Part shown: positions 28,376-37,673 of the stretch, in pieces
How the letters are laid out: each line of letters begins with the position of its first letter
How positions within the stretch are numbered: the first letter of the stretch is position 1
Origin: Candidatus Komeilibacteria bacterium
Lineage (GTDB): Bacteria > Patescibacteriota > Patescibacteriia > UBA1558
DNA: 64,000 nt
Assembly: GCA_048538275.1 (NCBI GenBank)
Contig: JBLYPW010000002.1
Coordinates: 103,927-167,926 of the forward strand
Direction: 5' to 3'
Made by a program: the position numbers and the translations under genes
The notes under the pieces: generated by a model
The model's database searches: none
What the model was told of the DNA's origin: nothing
The model's input: the letters and a program-made list of their open reading frames with translations, nothing else

Positions 28376-29407
28376 TTGGAAATGAATAATTATATTGTAA
28401 TTCCGCCTTATTATAAGGGTACTGCATTTCAGGAGATTGTAATACATATGCTTGTTGCGGTAAAAAAAACAAAGTACAATATAAAATTTATCGGTCTACT
28501 AGAACCAATAGATAATACCTTATCAGGGTTTTTGTTGGATGATGAGATTTATACCAAGTATCAATCTTTTTTAATTTCTGATTTAATGAATTTGAAGACA
28601 CCTGCTAAAATATTATTTTTGGATTTTTTTAATTTAGGTTTCGATTTATTACGATATTTACATGAACAAACTAATGCGAATGTTAAATATGGATCGTTAA
28701 TTCATGGAGGGTCATTTTTTGATGAAGACATATATAATATGCCGTGGTTGAGTAACTTTGAGAATGCGTGGGCAGATTTATATGATACGATGTATATAGC
28801 TTCAAATTATGGTAAGAATAGACTTCCGGATAGTTTCAAAGATAAGGTTAAAGTTATTCCTTGGGGGATGGATGGGTTTAGAAGTGAAGCATCAGTTAAT
28901 AAAATTAATGATGTTATTTTTCCACATAGATTGAGCCCAGATAAGGGGGTTGAGGATTTTATAATGATTGTTGACTCTTTGCCGCAAGTAAAGTTCATCG
29001 TGACTGTGCCTCAAAAAAAGAGTGTAATTAGCAAAAATAAATATTATAATGTCCTAAAAAAATATACTAATGTAAAATTTATTTTCAATGAGAGTATGGA
29101 AAATCACAATATAACATTATCCTCTGCAAGAGTAGTTTTGAGTTGTGCTAAACAAGAAATTTTTGGCTACTCTATTGCTAAGTCTGTTGCGTCAGGGTGT
29201 ATCCCAGTATTACCAAAAGATCAATGTTATCCAGAATTTTATCAAAGGAAATATTTATACAAGAATATACAAGATGCTATTTCTATGATAGAGGATGTTA
29301 TTATTGAGTCGAAAAGTAATACTTTATCAAATGAGGGCAATAGTAAATGTATTTATGATTTTGAAACATTTTCATTTAAGAACCATTTTGATGATTTTTT
29401 TGGTTAA
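28376..29407 (+). CDS. glycosyltransferase group 1 (GT4-like)
   Basis: C-terminal E-x7-E-like region QEIFGYSIAKSVASGCIPV; FPHRLSPDKG. Confidence 0.6.
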   Translation: MEMNNYIVIPPYYKGTAFQEIVIHMLVAVKKTKYNIKFIGLLEPIDNTLSGFLLDDEIYTKYQSFLISDLMNLKTPAKILFLDFFNLGFDLLRYLHEQTNANVKYGSLIHGGSFFDEDIYNMPWLSNFENAWADLYDTMYIASNYGKNRLPDSFKDKVKVIPWGMDGFRSEASVNKINDVIFPHRLSPDKGVEDFIMIVDSLPQVKFIVTVPQKKSVISKNKYYNVLKKYTNVKFIFNESMENHNITLSSARVVLSCAKQEIFGYSIAKSVASGCIPVLPKDQCYPEFYQRKYLYKNIQDAISMIEDVIIESKSNTLSNEGNSKCIYDFETFSFKNHFDDFFG

Positions 29408-29441
29408 AAAAGAGAGTATATATGATATATACTCTCTTTAG
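29408..29441. terminator. bidirectional terminator between the convergent GT1 and GGCT genes
   Basis: aaagagagtatatat-ga-tatatactctcttt palindrome with A/T runs on both sides. Confidence 0.6.
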
Positions 29442-29854
29442 TAATTAACATCGATTTGGGATACAATTTTTTTTATGTTCTTACATTCTCCGATAATTAC
29501 CGATGATTTAGCAACAAATACTATACCTTTGGATTTTTTACCATCAACTTCATAAAAAGTTGTCTCTTTCGGTTCATATAGAGGGCCTTCAAATTCATTA
29601 AGGCGTGATTTTAGTACGGCAAGTGAATTATTAGATACTGTGAACTGAGTTAACCATGCACTAATTTGCAGACCATTATCATCTAATATCACAATTGGGT
29701 ATTTAAAGATATTATTTGGCTCTGTTTCATCCGTCACTTCATACAAGTACCCCTTGATAAAACCAAGAGTTCTTTTTGTGGGTGATGTTTTGAGAATTTT
29801 TTTAATAAGTTTAACATTTTTTAATGATCCGTAAAATATAAATGAACAATTCAT
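29438..29854 (-). CDS. gamma-glutamyl cyclotransferase-like (AIG2/GGCT family) protein
   Basis: N-terminal FIFYGSLKN (YGSL/YGTL motif); LGFIKGYLYEV. Confidence 0.6.
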   Translation of the reverse strand: MNCSFIFYGSLKNVKLIKKILKTSPTKRTLGFIKGYLYEVTDETEPNNIFKYPIVILDDNGLQISAWLTQFTVSNNSLAVLKSRLNEFEGPLYEPKETTFYEVDGKKSKGIVFVAKSSVIIGECKNIKKIVSQIDVNY

Positions 29855-30068
29855 TTTACCTCCTTTTTTGTTTGATTTTATATATTAACATAGTTTTAAT
29901 AATTGTCAATTGTAGTGTCTTTTTTTGGTTAGCTAATAAGATTATTAAGCTAGTGATGATTATTTACAGATCAGTATTCAGACTGGGTTAATAATTTTGG
30001 TATGTAAATATAATCAGTTTCTTGTTGAATTATGGTTATAACTTCATCTACGACTGACTGCCATGAAA

Positions 30069-30098
30069 GCTCAAAGGATGAACCTTTGAGTTTTTTTT
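30069..30098 (+). terminator. orphan intrinsic terminator (no annotated + strand gene upstream)
   Basis: gctcaaagg-atgaa-cctttgag followed by T8. Confidence 0.6.
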
Positions 30099-30222
30099 GG
30101 GCAGGTCGCAAGGTACCAATAGTATGTAATCTGTTTATTGTCGTTAATTTTAGATTTGACAGTTTTGGTTGGTGGTGCTAAATTTTAGGCGTAAAGGTTG
30201 TTTTAAAATAAGGAGGGGTAAA

Positions 30223-30624
30223 GTGAATAATTTTACTGTTTTGTTTTGGCGCTTTATCGTTATTATTTGTTTATTGCCATTGTTTAGCAATTGTACTGCA
30301 AGTAATACGACTTATGCGACAGAGGTTAGTGCAGTTTCTTTGCGGATGATTGCTCAATTGCAGTATCTGAATCAGCAGATTACCGAAGTAATAATTTTGG
30401 CTGACATTACCAATCCATCGGGTTATCATTATGTTATTATTAGCACGGTGATCGGCAAGCAAAGACAGACTTGGGTACTGACTGATTGGCGGGGGACAGA
30501 GACTTTCCCACAGACCGTTGTAGCGGTAAATCAGTTGGGCGGTTGGCAGGTAATTCCTCATGCAATGGGAGGGCTGGAGATCAGGATTGATCCCTTGGTT
30601 ATTTATGAAGTTAGAAAACAGTAA
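30223..30624 (+). CDS. hypothetical secreted protein (GTG start after a GGAGGGG RBS)
   Basis: signal-peptide-like N-terminus; ORF-track start at 30169 is probably too far upstream. Confidence 0.4.
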   Translation: MNNFTVLFWRFIVIICLLPLFSNCTASNTTYATEVSAVSLRMIAQLQYLNQQITEVIILADITNPSGYHYVIISTVIGKQRQTWVLTDWRGTETFPQTVVAVNQLGGWQVIPHAMGGLEIRIDPLVIYEVRKQ

Positions 30625-30704
30625 GCATAATGTTTGAAGACGATGTCAGTTTGGCGTCGTCTTTTCATTTGAGTTTCAGCCTGTTATTTTGTTATAATAC
30701 AACT

Positions 30705-31286
30705 ATGAAATTAAAAGATACTGTACAGCATAGCACTAAAAAAGAAATTCTTTTACGTTTTTTGATTATGTTTGGCGTGCTGTTAGTATATTTTGTTTTT
30801 TTGTCTTGGCAATACGGTATGGCCACGGGTGGTTGGGTAGCCATATTGACTTGGAGTTTTTTTGTTTTGTGCACGCCAATTGCTGATGCTGGTTTTTTAT
30901 TGGATTTTCCTTTGCGTTTATTATTTAATATCAAGATGGTTTTTAGTGAGGTTATTGTTTGGGTTATAGCTATTGTCGTCAATGTGATTGCCGTTCAGTT
31001 TAGTCCCGATATTTATGGCAAAACAGTTTTGACTAGCATATTTTATCAAATTTTAACTAATTTAAATCCTTATGGCCTCATTATCTTATTAGCTACCGCT
31101 GGTACTTTTTTATCAGTCAGGTTTGGGGATGAATTAATGGATGTTATGTACCATCATGAGCGCGCTATATTTCATAGACACGGTCTGTGGGTAAGGATAT
31201 TGGGTTTTGTTACCATTTTTGTTTTAACTGTCATTATATATAATATTTTGATTCAGCAATTTGGTTTAACCGAGTTTATTCAATAG
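30705..31286 (+). CDS. hypothetical integral membrane protein
   Basis: several hydrophobic helices; start placed at MKLKDTV after a TATAAT box. Confidence 0.45.
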   Translation: MKLKDTVQHSTKKEILLRFLIMFGVLLVYFVFLSWQYGMATGGWVAILTWSFFVLCTPIADAGFLLDFPLRLLFNIKMVFSEVIVWVIAIVVNVIAVQFSPDIYGKTVLTSIFYQILTNLNPYGLIILLATAGTFLSVRFGDELMDVMYHHERAIFHRHGLWVRILGFVTIFVLTVIIYNILIQQFGLTEFIQ

Positions 31287-31563
31287 TTTGATTGAATATT
31301 TCTGTGACGCTAAAATATTGTGGAGAAAACAGAAAAGTGCATAGTTGGGTTAATCAATGATATTATCGCGGCAGATATGCATGACTGGAATTTTTAGGCA
31401 AATATTTAATTTTTTATTATAATATTAGCTAATATTAGCTAATATTTTTTATTTTATAGTTATGCACAGTTCAAAATAGTTAATATTATTGTACTTTTTG
31501 GCTTTTTTGCGGTAAAATATTTAACAGTTATTAATAAAACTGCTAATTATTAAGTAAAAAAAT

Positions 31564-31851
31564 ATGGCAGAAGGTAAAATTACCAAAAAGGAATTAGGCC
31601 AGAGATTGGCCGATAAGTACGAGCTCAACAAGAAGCAAGGTGTTGAGATTATTGAATGGCTCTTTGAAGAAATAAAGGGCGAAATGAAAGCTATGCACGA
31701 AGTAAATGTGAAAGATTTTGGCAAGTTCAAAATCCGCGAAAGCAAGGCTCGTATGGGCATTAACCCCATGACTAAAGAGCAGATTCACATTCCGGCTAAG
31801 AAGAAAGTTAAATTCTATCCGGCCAAGGCGGTTAAGGAACTGGTCATGTAA
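31564..31851 (+). CDS. hup: HU-family DNA-binding protein
   Basis: KKELGQRLADK...FGKFKIRESKARMGINPMTKEQIHIPAKK. Confidence 0.85.
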   Translation: MAEGKITKKELGQRLADKYELNKKQGVEIIEWLFEEIKGEMKAMHEVNVKDFGKFKIRESKARMGINPMTKEQIHIPAKKKVKFYPAKAVKELVM

Positions 31852-31873
31852 ATTTTTATTCTTTGCATTTGAT

Positions 31874-31902
31874 ATCCCTCGTTCTGTACTAGAGCGAGGG
31901 AT
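31874..31902 (+). terminator. terminator hairpin after hup
   Basis: atccctcg-N12-cgagggat followed by a weak T-run. Confidence 0.5.
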
Positions 31903-31960
31903 TTGCTTATTAAAGACTTTTTTTATACAATATTAAAGTATTAAATATTAAAATCAGTTT

Positions 31961-32995
31961 ATGGATTGGTGGCAACAAAACAGCCCGCAACAATATGCCA
32001 TGTTTATTGGCTGGCTAATTATTTGGTGGTTGATTTTTAAAGTAGTGATTAAATTATTGGTCAGCTGGGCCAAGCGTTTGACCAGGCGCACTAATAACGC
32101 TTATGATAATATGTTGGTGACGGTTTTTGATAAGTTGGCCTGGTGGTTTTATCTTGTCGTGGCTATTTATATTTCCAGCCGCTCTTTACAATTACCAGCA
32201 ATAGTTGACAATGCTTTACAGACTGTTTTTATATTAGTAGTCGCTTTGCAATTGATCGTGGCTATTAATCGGTTGATTGATTTGTGGTTGGAGCATTATC
32301 AAACCGTGATGGCTGAGCAAGATGATTCGGGCAGCCATAAATTGGGTTGGTTGGGGAAACTCTTAAAGTTACTTGTTTGGGTGATTGGTGTTTTGTTGGC
32401 TATTTCCAACTTAGGATATAACATTACTTCTTTATTGGCCGGTTTGGGTATTGGGGGTATTGCTATGGCTTTAGCAGTACAGAATATTTTGGAGGATATT
32501 TTTTCTTCCTTTTCTATTTATATGGATCAGCCTTTCAAAATAGGTGATTATATTGTGATTGGTGATAAGATGGGAACCGTGAAGAAAATTGGTATAAAAA
32601 CTACGCGTTTGACCAGTTTGGAAGGAGAAGAGATTGTAGTGTCCAATAAGGAGTTAACTAGCGCTCAAATTCAGAATTATAAAAAAATGCAAGAACGACG
32701 GGCATCATTTTCAGTTGGCGTTACTTATGATACTAGCAATGAGCAGCTGGCATTAATTCCAGAAATGGTCAAGGAGGTGATTGGTAAAGTTGATGGTTGT
32801 CGTTTTGATCGTGCTACTTGGAAAGATTTTGGTGACTTCAGTCTAAATTTTGAGATTGTGTATTATTTCCACAACAATGATTATGCTGAATATTTATTGG
32901 CTCAACAGGCAATAAATTTAGGTTTAAAACAAGCGTTTGAGAGGGCTAAGATTGAATTTGCTTATCCAACACAGACAATATTAGTTGAAAAGTAG
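31961..32995 (+). CDS. mechanosensitive ion channel, MscS family
   Basis: TM helices then IGDYIVIGDKMGTVKKIGIKTTRLTSLEGEEIVVSN beta-domain signature. Confidence 0.8.
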   Translation: MDWWQQNSPQQYAMFIGWLIIWWLIFKVVIKLLVSWAKRLTRRTNNAYDNMLVTVFDKLAWWFYLVVAIYISSRSLQLPAIVDNALQTVFILVVALQLIVAINRLIDLWLEHYQTVMAEQDDSGSHKLGWLGKLLKLLVWVIGVLLAISNLGYNITSLLAGLGIGGIAMALAVQNILEDIFSSFSIYMDQPFKIGDYIVIGDKMGTVKKIGIKTTRLTSLEGEEIVVSNKELTSAQIQNYKKMQERRASFSVGVTYDTSNEQLALIPEMVKEVIGKVDGCRFDRATWKDFGDFSLNFEIVYYFHNNDYAEYLLAQQAINLGLKQAFERAKIEFAYPTQTILVEK

Positions 32996-33263
32996 TATGA
33001 AAATTATTAAAATTGGTGCTGTTTGGTGCCCGGGCTGTTTAGTCATGAGGCCGCGTTGGCAGAAAATAGAAGCTAAATTTCCTTGGCTGAAAACTGAATA
33101 TTTTGATATTGATGAACATCCGGAGTTAAAAGAAAAATACCAATTGAGTAATTATCCGGCCTTTATTTGTCTATCAGAGCAGGGAGAGGTCTTGTCACAG
33201 CAATCTGGCGAATTATCCGAAGCTGAACTAGAAGAATGGTTTATACCTTTTAAAGAACAATGA
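32985..33263 (+). CDS. thioredoxin-like protein
   Basis: WCPGC active site. Confidence 0.75.
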   Translation: MKSSMKIIKIGAVWCPGCLVMRPRWQKIEAKFPWLKTEYFDIDEHPELKEKYQLSNYPAFICLSEQGEVLSQQSGELSEAELEEWFIPFKEQ

Positions 33264-34462
33264 AGAAATTAAGTTTTATAATATTAATATCAGTGGTACT
33301 AGTAGCCAGTCTAGTCCCTTTTATTTTTCCAGCGCAAGCCGCCACTGATCCGGTGACAGTTTATTTTTTCTGGGGTGACGGTTGTCCGCACTGCGCTAAA
33401 GAGGAGATTTTTTTGAATAAATTAGAATATGAAACTCCCGGTGTAATAGTTAAGCATTTTGAAGTTTGGCATGATAGTGATAATTTGAAATTATTACAGC
33501 AAGTTGCTGAGCGCATGCAAATTAAGGCCAATGGCGTGCCCCTTACTATCGTGGGAGAATATTCACAAATTGGCTGGCTGAGTGAAGAGACAACCGGACA
33601 GCAGATCCGGCAGTGGGTAAATAGTTATATCGCGCGCGGTGGAGCGCCAGATGTGGTGGCCAACCTTAGAGTGTCGCAGGAAAGCTCTAAGCCAGAAACA
33701 GAAGTTAGTAGTGATACTCAAATGCTGGATTTGCCTTTATTTGGGCAGATTAATACTGCTCATGCTTCCTTGTTTGGATTGACTACTATGATTGCTTTTT
33801 TGGATGGGTTTAACCCCTGTGCTATGTGGGTTTTGTTATTTTTATTGAGTCTGCTTATTCCCATGCAGAACAGGCGGCGGGCCTGGTTATTGGGCTTGGC
33901 TTTTATTGGCACATCGGGGGTCGTTTATTTCTTATTTTTAGCTGCTTGGCTGAATTTATTTTTATTCTTAGGTGTGATAGCGGCGGTACGAATTGTGATT
34001 GGTTTGATAGCGATTGTTTCAGGGTATTTGAACTTGCAAGCTTGGCGTCGTCAACGTACAGGTTGTGTGGCTAGTAATGATGAGAAACGTAGAGTCTGGT
34101 TTGAGAAAATCAGAAATGTGATTGCTCGCAGGCAGTGGTGGTGGGCGCTCTTTGGTATTGTCTTATTGGCAGCGGCAGTGAATTTGGTAGAGTTAGTATG
34201 TTCGGCTGGTTTGCCTGCTATCTATACGCAAATTTTGAGTTTGTCTGATTTGCCTGCTTGGCATTATTATTTATACATGCTTTGGTATATATTTGTATTT
34301 ATGTTGGATGATTTGATTGTGTTTATTATTGGTATGATTAGTTTGCATGCGGTCGGGATTAGCACGAAGTATAGCCTTTATACAAAATTAATAGGCGGTA
34401 TTATCATTTTATTACTAGGTTTGATACTAATATTTCAGCCTGCTTGGCTAATGTTTGGCTAG
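33260..34462 (+). CDS. thioredoxin-fold domain (CPHC) fused to a DsbD/CcdA-like transmembrane domain
   Basis: N-terminal signal and WGDGCPHC; C-terminal multi-TM region with Cys in TM helices (GFNPCAMW, CSAGLP). Confidence 0.55.
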   Translation: MKKLSFIILISVVLVASLVPFIFPAQAATDPVTVYFFWGDGCPHCAKEEIFLNKLEYETPGVIVKHFEVWHDSDNLKLLQQVAERMQIKANGVPLTIVGEYSQIGWLSEETTGQQIRQWVNSYIARGGAPDVVANLRVSQESSKPETEVSSDTQMLDLPLFGQINTAHASLFGLTTMIAFLDGFNPCAMWVLLFLLSLLIPMQNRRRAWLLGLAFIGTSGVVYFLFLAAWLNLFLFLGVIAAVRIVIGLIAIVSGYLNLQAWRRQRTGCVASNDEKRRVWFEKIRNVIARRQWWWALFGIVLLAAAVNLVELVCSAGLPAIYTQILSLSDLPAWHYYLYMLWYIFVFMLDDLIVFIIGMISLHAVGISTKYSLYTKLIGGIIILLLGLILIFQPAWLMFG

Positions 34463-34535
34463 TTTGGTATTGGTTTTTTGTATCTTCTGAAAAATGGTAT
34501 AATATAAATACCATTTTTATTATTAGCAAAGAAGT

Positions 34536-35447
34536 ATGGCTAAGGTAGCGGACAAAACATTATTGCTAGGTATTGATATCGGTGGCACTAAAGTGAAATT
34601 AGTTTTAATGCGGCGAGCAAAGGTGTTGGCGGAAGATAAGTACTTATTGAAAAGTTTTAAGACCAGTCGCCAATTTTTGGCCACTTTATTGGCTCATATT
34701 GAGTTATTATTGCAAGGATATCCGCGTAGCCAAGTGCGCGGCATTGGCATTGGGTTGCCGGCGGTATTGGATGCTAATCGGCGACGCGTAATTTTGCCGC
34801 CTAACTTGTCTATTATTAAGAATATAAATTTTAAGAAAGTTATCCGCACAAAGTTCAATTTGCCGGTCAGATTAGAAAATGATGCCAATGCCATGGCTTT
34901 GGGTGAAATGATGTTTGGTGCCGGCAAGGGAAAACAATCATTAGTAATGTTATCATTGGGAACTGGCGTGGGTGGTGGTATAGTTTATCGTCAGGACAAT
35001 AAATTGAAATTATTAACTGGCCATGATGGCGCGGCAGCTGAGATAGGGCATATGATTATTAATTTTCAAGGTGTGGAAGGGCGTCCGCAGCGCCGAGGAG
35101 AGCTGGAACAATATGCATCAGCTAAGTTTATCAAGCGACGGAGCAGCAAACACCCTCTTAAATTACAAGAAGCAGCTTTGGCTGGAAAAAAAGGAGCGGT
35201 AAAAATATATGAAGAATTGGGTTATTATTTAGGAATAGGATTGGCTAATATTATTAATATAGTTAATCCAGAGGTGATTGTTTTGGGCGGGGGCTTAAGT
35301 GCGGCATATAAAGTATTTAGCAAGGCAGCGAAAAAAAGTATGAAAGCTAATATTTTAGCACCCACTGCCATGGACACAGTAGTATTGCAGAGTAAATTAA
35401 AAGATCGTGGTGGCGCTATGGGCGCGGCTGCTTTGTGGTTGAATTAA
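34536..35447 (+). CDS. ROK-family sugar kinase (glucokinase-like)
   Basis: LGIDIGGTKVK N-terminal ATPase motif; GLGTGVGGGIV; CxCGxxGCxE-like region is degenerate. Confidence 0.7.
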   Translation: MAKVADKTLLLGIDIGGTKVKLVLMRRAKVLAEDKYLLKSFKTSRQFLATLLAHIELLLQGYPRSQVRGIGIGLPAVLDANRRRVILPPNLSIIKNINFKKVIRTKFNLPVRLENDANAMALGEMMFGAGKGKQSLVMLSLGTGVGGGIVYRQDNKLKLLTGHDGAAAEIGHMIINFQGVEGRPQRRGELEQYASAKFIKRRSSKHPLKLQEAALAGKKGAVKIYEELGYYLGIGLANIINIVNPEVIVLGGGLSAAYKVFSKAAKKSMKANILAPTAMDTVVLQSKLKDRGGAMGAAALWLN

Positions 35448-35448
35448 G

Positions 35449-36783
35449 ATGTCTATCAATAATAAAAGTAAAACAAAAAAAAGGACACGCGTCATGGCTG
35501 AAAAAAAAGATGAGGCGGTTTTGAATTTTCCACCCAATTTTTTATGGGGCGCTGCCACATCTTCACATCAAGTGGAGGGCAATAATATACATAATGATTG
35601 GTGGGCTTGGGAACAGGCGGGTCATGCCAATGGCCATCAAGTTTCTGGTGAAGCCTGTGATCATTATCATCGTTATGATAGTGATTTTGGTATCGCTCAG
35701 GATTTACATCAAAATGCGCATCGCTTATCTTTAGAATGGAGTAGGATAGAGCCAGAGGATAATGAATGGAACAAAGAGGCGATAGAGCATTATCGTAGAG
35801 TTTTGCAGTCGGCTAAAAAACATGGCTTGAAGACTTTTGTTACCCTTCATCATTTTACCAATCCTTTGTGGTTTACTCACGCCGGCGGTTGGTTACAAAA
35901 GGAAGCGCCAGAGATATTCCAATCTTATGTTTTAATGGTGGTAAAACAACTAGGTGATTTAGTTGATTATTGGATCACAATCAATGAGCCTATGGTTTAT
36001 GCCTCACAAGGATATTTAGCGGCTGTATGGCCGCCGCAGGAGAAATCTTTGTGGAAGACCAAAAAAGTAATCAATAATTTAGCTCGGGCTCATATTTTAG
36101 CTTATCGTACTATTCATAATCTAATGGATAATGATGATCAGAAGACTTGGGTCGGTTTTGCCAATAATGTCGCTTCTTATCAAGTTTATAATAAACATTC
36201 TTTACGAGATCAGATGTTTGTACAGGTAGTAGATAGACTTTGGAATCACTCTTTTTATCGCCGCACCAAGGGTTGTCATGATTTTCTTGGTTTAAATTAT
36301 TATTTTCATTATCGGGTAGCCAGGGCGAGATTAGCACATTGGCAATTTTTTGCTGATGTTCGTAAAGAGAGAAGAGAGGCATCGGATGTTGGTTGGGAAG
36401 TATATCCACCTGGTATTTTTGACGTAGTTATGGATATGAGTCAGTATAAATTACCGATTTTTATTACGGAGAATGGAATTGCCGTGGAAAAGGATAATAA
36501 ACGTTCACGTTTTATAGTGTCTTATGTGAAAGAACTTTATCACGCAATACAGGCCGGTGCTCCGGTGGCTGGTTATTTTTATTGGTCTTTGTTGGATAAT
36601 TGGGAATGGGAAAAAGGCTATGATGCGCGTTTTGGTATAGTGGGAGTTGATTTTGAAACACAGCAGCGTACCGTCCGAGAGTCGGCTAAAGTATATGCAA
36701 ATATTGCTCAGCATAATGGTATTCCACATGAGCTTTTGAAATTTGTTGGCCATGTTACTTTAGGAGAGATCACTATAAAATAA
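35449..36783 (+). CDS. GH1 beta-glucosidase
   Basis: FLWGAATSSHQVEGN; TLHHFTNP; ITENG nucleophile motif. Confidence 0.85.
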   Translation: MSINNKSKTKKRTRVMAEKKDEAVLNFPPNFLWGAATSSHQVEGNNIHNDWWAWEQAGHANGHQVSGEACDHYHRYDSDFGIAQDLHQNAHRLSLEWSRIEPEDNEWNKEAIEHYRRVLQSAKKHGLKTFVTLHHFTNPLWFTHAGGWLQKEAPEIFQSYVLMVVKQLGDLVDYWITINEPMVYASQGYLAAVWPPQEKSLWKTKKVINNLARAHILAYRTIHNLMDNDDQKTWVGFANNVASYQVYNKHSLRDQMFVQVVDRLWNHSFYRRTKGCHDFLGLNYYFHYRVARARLAHWQFFADVRKERREASDVGWEVYPPGIFDVVMDMSQYKLPIFITENGIAVEKDNKRSRFIVSYVKELYHAIQAGAPVAGYFYWSLLDNWEWEKGYDARFGIVGVDFETQQRTVRESAKVYANIAQHNGIPHELLKFVGHVTLGEITIK

Positions 36784-36785
36784 TT

Positions 36786-37673
36786 ATGTGGTTACCTGTT
36801 GTTATTATTGCTTATTTTCTCAACGCCATTGCCTTGGCGGTGGATAAAAAGTTATTAAACAAGGGTATACCGCAGCCGGCGGTTTATACTTTTTATATTG
36901 CCGCTTTAGGTTTATTGGTGTGGGTACTTGCTCCTTGGGGTTGGCACTGGGCTGGTAGCGGCATTTTTTTGTACAGCTTATTAGCCGGTGTCTTGTTCAC
37001 AACAGCTTTATTGATTATGTTTATGGCGGTTTCTCGTGATGAAGTGTCACGTATAACGCCTATTATAGGTGGTTTTTCACCTTTATTTGTGTTTTTTTTG
37101 GCTTGGTGGTGGCTAGGGGAAGCTTTATCTGGTAATCAGCTATGGGCTTTTGTCTTGGTTGTGCTTGGCAGCTTATTGATTAGTATGCGTTGGCGGCAAT
37201 GGCGTAAAACTCAGTGGCGCGCCTTGGTTTTAGCTATTTTATCAGCCGCGATTTTCGGCGCTCATTATGTTCTTAGTAAGTTTATTTATGAACGAGTAGA
37301 TTTTATTACTGGCTTTATTGATATTAGAACCGGTGCTTTTTTAGGTGCTTTACTTTTATTATTGATCCCGGCTTGGCGCTATAGCATTTTCCATCGTTCT
37401 GCGGGTAATAATAAACAAACGGCCGGTTGGTTTTTGACCGGTCAAACTACTGGTGCACTTTCTGCGGTGATGGTAAATTGGGCCGTAGCTTTGGGCAGCG
37501 TTACTTTGGTAAATGCCCTGCAGGGCCTCCAGTATGTGTTTTTATTTTTTATTGTGTTACTGATGGCGCGCATTTATCCCTCTTGGCTAAAGGAAGAAAA
37601 TGCTCGTTCTGTTTGGTGGCAAAAAGCTTTAGCTATTATTCTTATTAGTATTGGTATCTATCTTTTGGCATGA
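36786..37673 (+). CDS. DMT/EamA-like integral membrane transporter
   Basis: about 10 hydrophobic segments over 295 aa. Confidence 0.45.
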   Translation: MWLPVVIIAYFLNAIALAVDKKLLNKGIPQPAVYTFYIAALGLLVWVLAPWGWHWAGSGIFLYSLLAGVLFTTALLIMFMAVSRDEVSRITPIIGGFSPLFVFFLAWWWLGEALSGNQLWAFVLVVLGSLLISMRWRQWRKTQWRALVLAILSAAIFGAHYVLSKFIYERVDFITGFIDIRTGAFLGALLLLLIPAWRYSIFHRSAGNNKQTAGWFLTGQTTGALSAVMVNWAVALGSVTLVNALQGLQYVFLFFIVLLMARIYPSWLKEENARSVWWQKALAIILISIGIYLLA

